Assembly: GCA_963799845.1 (NCBI GenBank)
Contig: CAWCYI010000004.1
Location: forward strand, 192,001 to 256,000
Direction of reading: 5' to 3'
Origin: an uncultured Nitrososphaerota archaeon
GTDB lineage: Archaea; Thermoproteota; Nitrososphaeria; Nitrososphaerales; CADDZS01
Length of the DNA stretch: 64,000 nt
In this document: in pieces, positions 31,572 to 41,921 of the stretch
How the letters are laid out: every line of letters begins with the position of its first letter
Position numbering within the stretch: position 1 is the stretch's first letter
Position numbers and translations under genes: made by a program
The notes under the pieces: generated by a model
The model's input: only the letters and a program-made list of their open reading frames with translations
Told to the model about the DNA's origin: nothing
The model's database searches: none

Positions 31572-33305
31572 ATGGAAGAAGAAATGAAGATCTCCTTCGA
31601 CCGCGCCGAAAAGATAGGTGTTGTAGGATCTCCTTCTTCTACTCATAGTTTAGTGATAGATATTCTTGGAACTGCGGTGGATAGGAAACTTGTCGGGTCC
31701 CTTAGCATTTTCAACTACATTCAAGATGGAATAGAGCACTATGCCTTAGGGCAGATAACCGAGCTTTCAATGCGCAACGTTTGGAGCGAAGACCCGACCA
31801 TGCGCGGGTTAATTCGACAAAAGGGCAGAGTTGATCCGATAACGGGTCGACAAGACACTCACACGGCGAAGATGTTTGTCAGCTCTGTTTTCGGTAAAAA
31901 TTCCTCGCACTTTGAGCCAAGTATGTTAGGAACGGTGCCCTCCACCGGCACTTTCGTGAAACTAGTAGATCAGAAAGTTATGCATGATCTTCTTAGTGGA
32001 TATTCTTCTGACCTCTTTTTTCTGGGCAAGGTCTATGGTTCGAATGTTATCGTGCCAATGTGGTTCAAACATTTCGGCAAAGTAAATGGGGGAATCGGCG
32101 AGGCATACCACATCGGAGTCTTCGGAAAGACCGGATCTGGCAAATCAGTATTGTCAAAGATGATTCTCCTTGGCTATGCAAGGAACAAAGGAATGTCGAT
32201 ATTTGTTTTGGATCCTCAAGGGGAATTCGCGAAATTAACGGAGGATAGAGAAATTCAAGATATACTCGCTCGATTTGGGAAGCAAGTGAAAGTGTATGGA
32301 CTCCATAATCTAATTTTGAAGGATGTTCACCGTCTGTTCAATCGAATTCTAAAGCAGTCAGGATTTCTAGACGGACTTGGTATCGTAATGGATGATAACA
32401 AAGAGCGTGCTTTGGATCAAATCAATCAAATCTTACAGGGCAAGAAAGCCAAATTTCTTCCGTCCCCGGCAAAACCTGCAACCTACAACAAGCGTGAAGT
32501 TTTCGACGCGATTTGGAAGGCATTGCAAGATGACGAAGTACTCCGTTCCATCTATACATCACAAGATCTACGCGGGCGGGTTAGATCAGCAGTACAATCG
32601 AACAATTCTGATGATTATTTTCTTATATGGTCAAAGGTTGCAAATCTCTTCTCAACTAGCGGAAAAAATGATGTTGCGTTTATCGATGCGCTCCCTCAAA
32701 AGGCAACAAATAATCCACGTGGCGATATTACAATAATCGATCTCTCTGAAACCAAGGTGCCGGATAACTTGCTGTGGAATGACAGTATTCAAATGGTGGT
32801 TATCAATGAACTTCTTGAAGCGCTCACAGACAGCGCCCAGCTTACTTTCAAATCGGGTGGCGCCCTCAATACTCTGGTTGTTGTCGATGAAGCACATCGA
32901 TTAGCACCACGAGAAAAATCGGAAAATATGGAACTCGAACAGGTCAAGAGTACTCTCAAGGATGCGGTCAGGACAACGAGAAAATATGGACTAGGTTGGA
33001 TGTTTGTTAGTCAGACATTGTCGAGTCTGGACAGAGAAATAGTCAACCAAATCAGGATCTATGTTTTCGGATTTGGCCTGTCATACGGAGTTGAATTAGA
33101 CGCACTTCGGGATATAATCGGCGGAAATGAAGAAGCGATGAGACTCTACCAATTATTCAAGGATCCGCAAAGTAACCCAGCACAGAAAGAGTATTCGTTT
33201 ATGGCGGTTGGTCCGATTTCTCCGCTGTCATTTTCTGGATTACCGCTATTTTTCCAGTCGCTCAAGTACCCTCAGGAATTTGCCAAATCCAATTCGGCAC
33301 CGTGA
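31572..33305 (+). CDS. herA: HerA/DUF87 helicase-ATPase
   Basis: N-terminal HAS-barrel-like region; HIGVFGKTGSGKS, LDPQGEF, VDEAH and RKYGLGWMFVSQ. Confidence 0.88.
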   Translation: MEEEMKISFDRAEKIGVVGSPSSTHSLVIDILGTAVDRKLVGSLSIFNYIQDGIEHYALGQITELSMRNVWSEDPTMRGLIRQKGRVDPITGRQDTHTAKMFVSSVFGKNSSHFEPSMLGTVPSTGTFVKLVDQKVMHDLLSGYSSDLFFLGKVYGSNVIVPMWFKHFGKVNGGIGEAYHIGVFGKTGSGKSVLSKMILLGYARNKGMSIFVLDPQGEFAKLTEDREIQDILARFGKQVKVYGLHNLILKDVHRLFNRILKQSGFLDGLGIVMDDNKERALDQINQILQGKKAKFLPSPAKPATYNKREVFDAIWKALQDDEVLRSIYTSQDLRGRVRSAVQSNNSDDYFLIWSKVANLFSTSGKNDVAFIDALPQKATNNPRGDITIIDLSETKVPDNLLWNDSIQMVVINELLEALTDSAQLTFKSGGALNTLVVVDEAHRLAPREKSENMELEQVKSTLKDAVRTTRKYGLGWMFVSQTLSSLDREIVNQIRIYVFGFGLSYGVELDALRDIIGGNEEAMRLYQLFKDPQSNPAQKEYSFMAVGPISPLSFSGLPLFFQSLKYPQEFAKSNSAP

Positions 33306-33465
33306 CGACAGCCTGACCGACTGGCGAATGAACTCGAGGATGCGCCTTCGCAGACAAATTGGAGTATCCTCACGAACGGAGATAAATATTCCAGTGTTGC
33401 ACTAAATCCTAAACTAAAAAGTGCCCGACAAATCCGCCACCTAGGTTTACCGCTCGCTGCTAGGT

Positions 33466-33903
33466 TTAGGGCATTGTTAGAATAATGACATCATATTTAA
33501 CTCTACCCTGGGTTATGGCATCTTTGATTTTTCTTTCATTTCTATCTAGGCCTCGATTTGCATTTTTTGATGTTTTCACTTCGACGAAGACTACAGCTTC
33601 AAGAGGATCATCAGTATCCTTTGCTTGGCTATATCCTTTGTAAACGATGTAGTCAACAGGTTTTCCTCCAAGATATCGAGCATCCGCTGGCTCGTATTTC
33701 TGCATGAATTCTATCATATGCGGCGCAATGTTTTCTCCCACATTCCCTTTGATCGTACTCTTCGATTGGGCGAGTCTCGAGGCAACAATTTCTTCTAACT
33801 CCACGGCCGTGTACACTTTGTCCCTTGCACGGGACCAAAGAGTCCATCCAACTAGTGTAAGCACAATTAGCGTTAGAATCAGCTCCAAGTAAAAGAAAAT
33901 CAA
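33466..33903 (-). CDS. Membrane-anchored Holliday-junction-resolvase-like endonuclease
   Basis: N-terminal TM; SKSTIKGNVGENIAP, ARYLGGKPVDYIVY and FVEVKT. Confidence 0.8.
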   Translation of the reverse strand: MIFFYLELILTLIVLTLVGWTLWSRARDKVYTAVELEEIVASRLAQSKSTIKGNVGENIAPHMIEFMQKYEPADARYLGGKPVDYIVYKGYSQAKDTDDPLEAVVFVEVKTSKNANRGLDRNERKIKDAITQGRVKYDVIILTMP

Positions 33904-33915
33904 GCGTCGATAGAA

Positions 33916-35124
33916 TCATGTAAATGAGGGACCAAACGAAATACCGCTCTCCAGCCAATTAACATTGGTGGCTGACGACATCGGCGCCGTCGTAGGACTG
34001 GGCGCAGATGTGGAGTATTCTCCAGCACAGCTTCCGCCGGAATTAGAATTTAATGAGTAGCCTAATCCGGCACTGTAAGATGAGACAGAACTTGAATCTG
34101 ACGCGGAGGTGGATAGTGAGACCCCGGGATTGGGTATTCCAAACGGCGATGTCGAAAATGAATTGCTATAACTAGAACCATAGTTGGAATCGTTCGATGA
34201 TCCGGAGATCCCCGTGATGTCAAAAATGCTGCCGCACAAAGAATTCACCGCCGAGTTGGTGGAAATTGTTATCCCATCAAATCCGGATGAGCTCGCTTGT
34301 GAAATAAACCACTCTGATTTGAAAACTTCACCCGCTGACGGACTAGCTATCGATGGAATGCCCAATTGCGCAAAGAAAGGAGAATGAGAATCTGTTGGGG
34401 CATTGATGGTTGGATTGGAGGAATCGAAAAGATATGTGATTCCTATTACTATGTAATCACCGGAAGACACGCTTGAGGGAAAACTAAGGTTAACAGAGCT
34501 GATGCCCCCACCGGACTGTCCTTGAGTCCATGCTTGCTGTACTGCAATTGACGCCTGGGACGAATACTGCTCTGTTATAGAAGTTGTTGCGGTGTTAGAT
34601 GTCTGATATATGAGCGATGTAGACTGCATCGTGCTGCCGCTGGAACTTTGATAGATGAATGACGTAGACTGTGCAATACTCGAACTTTGATAACTGTATG
34701 AAGACGATTGTGCTATCGAAGTCGCGGAATAGGTCGATGATGTTAATTCAGAATTGCTGCTGTTGACAGCACTTTGAATCGTAGTGAACGACTGTTGAGT
34801 GGTTTCTACAAATGTGCTACTTGTCTCTGTTGAATCCGTCTGACTGCTCAAATAAACAGTTGAGCTTGGAACAGGCGGAACTGTTACCACAGTTGTTGTT
34901 GAACAACAAGATGAACTAAGAACCGAAGAAAGGGTTGTGGTAACTTGCGAAGTAGTTGTCGCTGTTTGATTTTGACTCACTGTCGAGTTCGCGAAACCAG
35001 GAAATTGACTTACAACGACAGATCCAACAAATACTATTGCCACGATTGCGATTACTACGATAGAAACCTTTGCGCCTAGAAGTTTGGTCAGAAGGAGATC
35101 GCGCGAAATTCTAGTGTTTTTCAA
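33916..35124 (-). CDS. Secreted/surface Ser/Thr-rich protein
   Basis: N-terminal hydrophobic anchor, long S/T tract, C-terminal beta-rich domain. Confidence 0.7.
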   Translation of the reverse strand: MKNTRISRDLLLTKLLGAKVSIVVIAIVAIVFVGSVVVSQFPGFANSTVSQNQTATTTSQVTTTLSSVLSSSCCSTTTVVTVPPVPSSTVYLSSQTDSTETSSTFVETTQQSFTTIQSAVNSSNSELTSSTYSATSIAQSSSYSYQSSSIAQSTSFIYQSSSGSTMQSTSLIYQTSNTATTSITEQYSSQASIAVQQAWTQGQSGGGISSVNLSFPSSVSSGDYIVIGITYLFDSSNPTINAPTDSHSPFFAQLGIPSIASPSAGEVFKSEWFISQASSSGFDGITISTNSAVNSLCGSIFDITGISGSSNDSNYGSSYSNSFSTSPFGIPNPGVSLSTSASDSSSVSSYSAGLGYSLNSNSGGSCAGEYSTSAPSPTTAPMSSATNVNWLESGISFGPSFT

Positions 35125-35288
35125 CGTAAGACGACCTAGGCTTGGGTACCCGATGTAATTTTATGATGTCAAACGTGCTTTCTTTTTAGTTATGATTTTG
35201 TAATCCATTTCTGAAATCCACATGATAAAAAGGGCAAACGTAAATCTTCCAAGCCCTAGTTGATCCAATCGCGAAAAAAGGAATTGTC

Positions 35289-37427
35289 TCAGATCTTAAG
35301 CGTATAACGTACATCCTCGACTTTTTGACTTTCAGAATTTTTCAAAAGTTCACGCACCACTTCGACAGTCTTGTGTTGAGAATCAAAGAAGAATATCGAT
35401 TCGGGTTTCGCTGCTTTCGTCTGCTTCTTTCCACTTGAGGCATCGAAAGAAAGATCCTTTGGGGAGTTGTGCGTGGAGAGAATGAGCAGTGCTTGCTTAG
35501 CATATCCGATATCGCTGCTAGAAATTCCATATTCTACCCAACCGTTCATTTTCAGATCCATCAAGAATTCGATGCACCTATCAGTTAGTTTGTCGACCAG
35601 CAGTTTTCTAAGAATCTCTTTTTTGGATAGCTTGGAATCGAAAATAGCGAGAAAGAGATTTTGATACCCTACCTCGTTGTAAGTTTCTTCAGTAATAACA
35701 TCGCGTAGATCGATCTTTTCTTCGGCAGGTTCTGCAAGAAGTTTTGAAAATTGGTCAACAGTTCCATTTTCAATCAAAGATACCCAATCGGTCTTCGGTT
35801 TTTCGGGTTGAACTGGAACTGGTTTTACGGGCAACGGTGCAGCTAATGCCGGAATTTCAATAGCAGGTGGAGAGGTAACCGCCGGAGCTACATTCTGAAC
35901 GGAACTTGTACTATGCTCCGCGCTCAACTGTTCTTGAACTATGGCTTTAGGCGAAATTGTCATGCCTGCGTCGCTTTCAAGTTTTACCGAACGAGAAATG
36001 CCTTCTGCATCAACGTACTCGATCTCAAAATGATCAATCGGTTTTGACAAAGTCTTGCCAGAATCCAATCGTAAATACAGGTCACCTGTTTCTGAAAGGC
36101 CTCTAGGGAGAACCGGCTTTAAGCTGCTCAGAGAACCTCTTTCAAGGGATGCACCTTGAGCGAGTATTGTCCTAAGTTGAAATGATGCCGCGTCGGCTGT
36201 ACCGTCATTTGCTATGATGTAGGAGGCATGAACTAATGTTTGCGACGGCTCTTCAGACACGTACCTAAGCTGAAGATCAAAATGAGGTTGTGGTGTAAAA
36301 ATTTCTATTTTAATTCCGGTCGAAGATATCTCCTTAGTATATACAACGTTGTCCATATCTTTGTATTGAAGGAGTAAACCATCCATTCGCACAACACCGC
36401 TTTTGGCTGCTTGAAACGTAATCGGCTGGTCCATGACCGCTCCTGACGCAAGTATTGTTTCTTGGGCAAATGCTTGAAGAGGCTTCAACTGTGGCCCCAG
36501 CGATCCAACTGTCGGCAGCTGAAGGTTGTGAGCTGCCCCTTGACCGATGTTTCTTAAGTTCAAAACGACGGAGAATGTTTCTCCAAAGGGAACTTGAGCG
36601 GGGTACTGCTTTACGGCTATCTGTAAATTGGGTGCAGGCGCTTTTACTCTAATTGCAATTTCGCTAGAGCGCTCGACATTTCCCGCAATTGTCTGCCCAC
36701 TTACAGTTATCTTCAAGGATTGCACTCCATAACTCACCGCGCGTGCTTTTGCTCGTTCCACAAAACCGTCTTGGGAGATAGCGATGATGTTTACAGCTTT
36801 CGGATATTCTAGCACCACCAGGCCGAGGCTTGTCGTTATTACGAACTTTACAGACCGAATCTCTTGATTCGTTCGAACAACAAATCTTACGTCAAAGACG
36901 GAGCCAACGGAAATCCCCTGGTCAAAACCTGCATCCAACTTCAAATCGACAGAAATGTTTGGACTTGGCCCCGGGACAGGAGCTTGAGGGACTGAGACAT
37001 CGGGTCGCTGCCCATAAATCGAAGCGATTGCCCTAATCTTCTTGTTTCTTCTATAAAAATACACAGGCATCGTTAATGGAGCAAAAATAAACGAGAGTAA
37101 CCCCCAAAAACCGCCTCGTAGAATTTTTCTCTTTCCAATCGAATTCAATTTTCTTGCATCAAGATAAGTAACGATCCCGGCAACAACCGCAATTATTATT
37201 CCAAAGAACAAGCCCGCACCTAGAACGGTTACGTTGGCCCTGAAGACGAGTTCAGAAATTAAAATAATGACTGAGACCAGCCATATGACCAACAGAGCAG
37301 CACGGTATCCAGCTCTGATCAATTGCTTGTTTGTGGTACCGTATGTGCGAAGATTTGTGAGGCATTCGTCACAGAGATCGGAATTGGGGTTGCTATGCTG
37401 TTTACCGCAGCTAGAGCAATATGGCAT
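35289..37427 (-). CDS. Membrane protein with Zn ribbon, TM helices and Ig-like (CARDB-type) repeats
   Basis: CSSC..CDEC, three hydrophobic segments, LNLRNIGQGAA and IANDGTADA Ig-like signatures, Pro-rich linker. Confidence 0.7.
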   Translation of the reverse strand: MPYCSSCGKQHSNPNSDLCDECLTNLRTYGTTNKQLIRAGYRAALLVIWLVSVIILISELVFRANVTVLGAGLFFGIIIAVVAGIVTYLDARKLNSIGKRKILRGGFWGLLSFIFAPLTMPVYFYRRNKKIRAIASIYGQRPDVSVPQAPVPGPSPNISVDLKLDAGFDQGISVGSVFDVRFVVRTNQEIRSVKFVITTSLGLVVLEYPKAVNIIAISQDGFVERAKARAVSYGVQSLKITVSGQTIAGNVERSSEIAIRVKAPAPNLQIAVKQYPAQVPFGETFSVVLNLRNIGQGAAHNLQLPTVGSLGPQLKPLQAFAQETILASGAVMDQPITFQAAKSGVVRMDGLLLQYKDMDNVVYTKEISSTGIKIEIFTPQPHFDLQLRYVSEEPSQTLVHASYIIANDGTADAASFQLRTILAQGASLERGSLSSLKPVLPRGLSETGDLYLRLDSGKTLSKPIDHFEIEYVDAEGISRSVKLESDAGMTISPKAIVQEQLSAEHSTSSVQNVAPAVTSPPAIEIPALAAPLPVKPVPVQPEKPKTDWVSLIENGTVDQFSKLLAEPAEEKIDLRDVITEETYNEVGYQNLFLAIFDSKLSKKEILRKLLVDKLTDRCIEFLMDLKMNGWVEYGISSSDIGYAKQALLILSTHNSPKDLSFDASSGKKQTKAAKPESIFFFDSQHKTVEVVRELLKNSESQKVEDVRYTLKI

Positions 37428-37562
37428 TGCCGCCTATCTTTACAGAGTACATTTTATTCATATCTAAATCTAGAGGACAGTCGATCTGTTGCTTTCATTT
37501 ACTTTCTTGGCCACAAGAACTGGTTGAAGTAAGCGTTCTTAATTTTCAAAGTTAGTTTCTCA

Positions 37563-38488
37563 TTATCTAGTGTCTCGGAAATGGCCACCAGCAAGATGTC
37601 TTGAGAGGCCAACACCACGCCGCACCTGCCACATTTGATGCTCTCTAGAAATGCTGCGTTCGGTAGTTTCAACAATTTCTTTGAAATATGGTTCTGTAGA
37701 GACTGTTTGCAGTTCTTTTTTTAGCTCCTCTAGGAGTCGCGCAGTATACGAATATGGTTCTACGAGTTCTGCATACTTCCTGCTCTGCGTCCACGCGACC
37801 ATACTTGAAACTATCGTCGCGATTAGACCAAGAACCGCTTCCGATCTAATAACTGCTTCAACATATCCATAAATCGCTATGGCGATTCCAGCAGTCTGAA
37901 TCGCGGTTGCAAAAGAGCTGTAAATGAGAGAAAGGCGCTTATCATTCGTAGCTTTTTTCTGTACCACTTGATTTGATCTTCAATTCTCTGTTCATCGTAG
38001 ATTGACCTTTTCGCTTCCCAGGGCAAGGCTCGTAGGGACTGCATTTCACTAGAGATGTCGTTTCCCCTCGGGCTGTCTTTTGATTGTTTATTCCTCCCTC
38101 GAGCACTGTAACCCGACCTGGCATTGCGAACTTCTTCGAGAAAGATCTGATCTGCTTTTGACGAATCCTCCAGAGGGCCGGTCGCCATAGAGTACTGCCA
38201 TTCAAGACTCTTGACTGTTTCTGCAATCGCACGCGCTTGAAACCAGATGTCTTCAAAATGTGTGACTTGCAGTGTGATTTGTGCAATGATTCCCACCAAA
38301 AACAGGAATATGAACGAATCAAAAATATTCTGCGAGCTGAACACTGGCGGTTGAATGAAACTAGACGCAGAGACTGTCGAGATGGCAATGGATGATCCAA
38401 GAATCGATAGGACAAGAAATTTTACATTTCGCTGGGCTTTTTGGGAAATCCTGTCGAATTGCTCATGCGTATTGGTAACATTGACCAA
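37563..38488 (-). CDS. SLATT/DUF4231 transmembrane effector (frameshift at ~37955)
   Basis: WFQARAIAETVKSLEWQY, YDEQRIEDQIKWY and ISREHQMW motifs across two overlapping ORFs. Confidence 0.8.
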
Positions 38489-38539
38489 GACTCTCGCATA
38501 TTCCTATGTGTTGCATTTACGGGACATAGTGCACACTTT

Positions 38540-39760
38540 TCACCGAGAACTGGATATCGAAATTTCTTTTGCAACCCGATCGCAGGCCTCCTTGAATCCA
38601 TCTTGCTCGTATTCTATTCTTTCAATTGGGCCGATCATAAATCCAGGTTCTACGCCTTTCTCTACAATAGGAATTACTTTCTTGTCATGCTCGACAGCGA
38701 TAGCAACTTCCTGTTCGATTGCTCCTGATGGATTCGCCTTTGAGTAAATGGCGACTAGGTAGTCGGATTCAAGAATTTTTTTTCTTACTTTCTCTTGAAT
38801 AGATGAACCCAAGTGGATAGAATCCTGTGCGGCATATGAACTGATACCGTGTGCTTTCAGGGCGTCCTGCAAGACATTTTTGAGATTTTCATCTTTGAAT
38901 GAATGGCTTATGAAAACTAGTGCCGCAGATTGGGTTTCTCGACGCGGTGAACTCTGAATAATAGTTGTACCGTAAACCCCCTTTAACGCTTTTTCAATAT
39001 TTTTTGCTTCGTCGCCCGATTTAACGGAGCTGCCTAGTTTGATAATTTTCCACCCGGAATTCACTTTGAGCTTGGGCAGGAAATCAGAGATTACCACATT
39101 GCTGTAATAGCTCAGAAAAGTCTCCATCGGACAATCGCTCGTCACAGTGAATGTTGCCTGACCTGCCGTGTTCAGAAACTTTCCAAGAGCTAAACACAGC
39201 GCGTTTCTGCCAGTGTACCCCGTCTTGTACAAGACAAATGCTTTCGAATCAATGCTCTCTGATAATATGGACACAAGTCTATTTGCGGATTCTTGGGGGA
39301 TCATCGATTGCATCTTGGAAATGTCGGCGTCATCAACACCTTCGGACCATGAGACGTTCAGTTTTGGAATTGCCCCGATGGGAACATGTCCTTTCGCAGG
39401 TTCAGAGCTTATTAGGGCGTTTTCAACATTTTTGAAAGCGAGGCCATCTGAAAGCAAGTCGACGGGAATGGACACGATTGTGCATACGATACCATCTCGA
39501 CCAAGGTCGTCTAATCTCTGACGTTTGTAGATCCTAGAAAAATAGATTGGACCCGCTGATGAAGGTTTGCTGATTACCCTTGCTTCAACCTGAAGATCCG
39601 AAAAGACACCCTCATCGTAAGGACACAGGATATCTTTATGCGCCGCCAGAAACGCGTCTTCTATTACGCCATCCGTTTTTGCCCTGATGGTGTAACCTTT
39701 GTAGGGCAGAGGGGCATAGATCAGATAATCCAATGAGGCGTTTTTCGTGTGGCTGCTCAA
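38540..39760 (-). CDS. Unknown (GAP1-N-like?) N-terminal domain fused to a C-terminal TIR domain
   Basis: VFISHSFKD...SDYLVAIYS...IEQEVAIA..HDKKVIPI is a TIR with the catalytic Glu; N-terminal assignment is tentative (DDLGRDG). Confidence 0.75.
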   Translation of the reverse strand: MSSHTKNASLDYLIYAPLPYKGYTIRAKTDGVIEDAFLAAHKDILCPYDEGVFSDLQVEARVISKPSSAGPIYFSRIYKRQRLDDLGRDGIVCTIVSIPVDLLSDGLAFKNVENALISSEPAKGHVPIGAIPKLNVSWSEGVDDADISKMQSMIPQESANRLVSILSESIDSKAFVLYKTGYTGRNALCLALGKFLNTAGQATFTVTSDCPMETFLSYYSNVVISDFLPKLKVNSGWKIIKLGSSVKSGDEAKNIEKALKGVYGTTIIQSSPRRETQSAALVFISHSFKDENLKNVLQDALKAHGISSYAAQDSIHLGSSIQEKVRKKILESDYLVAIYSKANPSGAIEQEVAIAVEHDKKVIPIVEKGVEPGFMIGPIERIEYEQDGFKEACDRVAKEISISSSR

Positions 39761-39795
39761 TCAATGATACGCCTCCGCACTTTCGAATGGAATAG

Positions 39796-40797
39796 TTAAC
39801 TGACTTGAAGCGATTCTTGTTTGTCCGGTGTATTCTTCGCTATCTCGCCTAAATGATTGATGAAGGACATGTATTCTTCTTCGGAATAATCAAGCTTTGA
39901 AGATATTCCAGACTTTGCCGTACGAAGACTAGGTACCGGGAGTCCATCTTCCCCGAGCTCAGTTTTTAACTGGCTGAAATAGTACTGCGCGTCGTCAAAA
40001 TTCACCTGGACTAGCCTAGCCCCACGAACTTGCGCAAGGGTAAAGGGATAAAAATTCTCCATTAGGGCCGAGGCATATTCCTGCCTTTGCTTACGGTCGC
40101 CGCCGAGACTCAGAAATCCACGGGCATTCCGAACCACAAAGTTTCTCGGAATACCGATCGCTACGAGAAGATCCGGGGATATGGCATCTGTCTTTGTTAT
40201 GACGAATATGGGATGGAGCTTTGTTGATCTTTCTGCTTGACTTTTTGAGCCTTCCTTGTACTTTGCCACTAATGCGATCAGAGTTGCCATTACAGTGTCG
40301 TAATCCATCATCTCCTGAGATCTCTTGGAGCGCTTCTCGGTTGTAATTTTGCTTCCGTCTATCAGAAAGACAAGTATGTTGCAGTCAAGTATTTTTTTCA
40401 AGTTATCAGGTAATTCATCGATCAGATTGTAGGAAGAGGAAGTACGTTGCAACTTGTTAGAAATTTGTTTTATTAGTGCAACATCCTCTCCGGCGATGTC
40501 GAAGATGTTGAAATTAATTTTATTGAACATCATCATATGAAGTGTTCTAGTCAGTCTTTTTCTATAACCGAACGCAAATTCGTATTGCGATAAGGTGCCC
40601 TTTAGAGTGGCGGAGGGCCAGGATCCCATCATCAATGCGCTCACTACATCCCCAGTTTTTTTTGAAAAAGCCGGGGAAACAAAAGTTCTAAATTCTTCAC
40701 CGCCGGTCTTGTTAGAGTAATCAACTGCAGACTTTGCAAGGAGGCTAACAAAGACTGATTTGCCGCTTCCCCTATCTCCTACTATCCCAACAGGCAT
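39796..40797 (-). CDS. TRAFAC-class GTPase
   Basis: G1 GDRGSGKS, G2 T, G3 DIAG and G4 TKTD. Confidence 0.8.
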   Translation of the reverse strand: MPVGIVGDRGSGKSVFVSLLAKSAVDYSNKTGGEEFRTFVSPAFSKKTGDVVSALMMGSWPSATLKGTLSQYEFAFGYRKRLTRTLHMMMFNKINFNIFDIAGEDVALIKQISNKLQRTSSSYNLIDELPDNLKKILDCNILVFLIDGSKITTEKRSKRSQEMMDYDTVMATLIALVAKYKEGSKSQAERSTKLHPIFVITKTDAISPDLLVAIGIPRNFVVRNARGFLSLGGDRKQRQEYASALMENFYPFTLAQVRGARLVQVNFDDAQYYFSQLKTELGEDGLPVPSLRTAKSGISSKLDYSEEEYMSFINHLGEIAKNTPDKQESLQVS

Positions 40798-41340
40798 TGT
40801 TGATAATTCTTAACCTCACATAGAATTAGGGCTTTATGTGCCACGGGGTGCTTCATTAACCGCTTGTACTTTAACATTAGCTCTCTCAACAAGAGCTTGG
40901 CCCCTGTGAGAAATCAGCTTCTTTAGTTTAACGTCACAAGGGAAACATGAAGGGGCAGTCACCTATCCGCTCACAATGAAGGAGCAATTTGCAGTTTGGT
41001 ATCCAGGCTGCTTCAATCAAGTTATTGCGCCCTTTCTCTTTTTGAGGAGACGCAACAAGCTCCCGAGAGCGCTATTCTAAAACCTAATCGCAATACGGCC
41101 TTCGGTTCCGCAAGACCGGCGGGAATCGTGGTTATGCTGGTTAATGATTGCTTAAAGTCACTTTTTTCAGCAGCGAGGGATCCCGACTAAACTTCGCAAT
41201 ACAATGTTGGAGGTCATTAAGCTGTTCGTCAGATAAGACACCAGGGAACGTGTTCTCCATCGTCTCTCTGAGCTGGATGATGCATGGACCACACCACCAG
41301 TGAGAAGCTGGTTCATTATCTATGGTGACTCCGATGTCGT

Positions 41341-41588
41341 ATCTCTTAATTTAGACACCGAAAAAGGAAAAAAGTCTCAAACCCTCCCCCTCCTTCACCC
41401 CCGAAAGCTCGATTTCCCGCCCCTAATTTCAAAAAGGAAAAAAGCTCGCCTGCACCTCTTTGCGACTAATGAGGTGCGATTTAGGGCGCCGGTCTGTTAG
41501 ATTGTACCGCTGGCTAGTCGGGGGGAAAAATCATTCCCGCATGCTATTACCTTTGGCGAAAAAAAAGGGGGTCTATGTATGCAGCCCC
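41341..41588. other. Putative right terminus of the upstream large element
   Basis: Non-coding; AAAAAGGAAAAAAG repeated at 41361 and 41431; ends in a GGGG-N13-CCCC hairpin abutting the TSD. Confidence 0.4.
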
Positions 41589-41598
41589 ACCATTTTTA
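41586..41598 (+). repeat. Target-site duplication, left copy (CCCACCATTTTTA)
   Basis: Identical 13-mer at 46772-46784, each directly abutting a TIR. Confidence 0.9.
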
Positions 41599-41725
41599 CT
41601 TTTTTTTTACTAGGACGACTTCAACTGATACTACTACTTCTACTACTATAGCGACTCTCGTCCTCTCTCGACTCTTCTCTTCTTCTCTTCTCTCGCTACT
41701 TCAGAGAGAGATATTATCTAGAATG
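41599..41725 (+). repeat. Left terminal inverted repeat (127 bp)
   Basis: CTTTTTTTTTACTAGGACGAC...ATATTATCTAGAATG is the reverse complement of 46645-46771. Confidence 0.95.
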
Positions 41726-41921
41726 TAAGTGTTAGTTAGGGCATAGGGAGAATCTCAGAATCGTATAGAGAAATTTCCTCTAGTACTGCTAGAGGATTTT
41801 TCTCTTCCACTATGATTGTTTTGGTAGAATAAGATTTTATTTCACAAAAATATTTCGTGAATTGCGTACCATCAGCTGAGCTGTACGATTGTAGAGTACG
41901 CCTCTCCGTGTCTTCTGCACT

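Noticed and set aside
41510-41592. Intact tRNA ending in CCCCACCA
   Set aside because: No T-loop (GTTCRA) and no matching 5' acceptor strand upstream; at most a duplicated 3' end.
41460-41651. 63-aa ORF ending in poly-Leu, and ORF 41300-41500
   Set aside because: These lie in the terminus/TIR region; the Leu run is translation of the (CTA)n tract.
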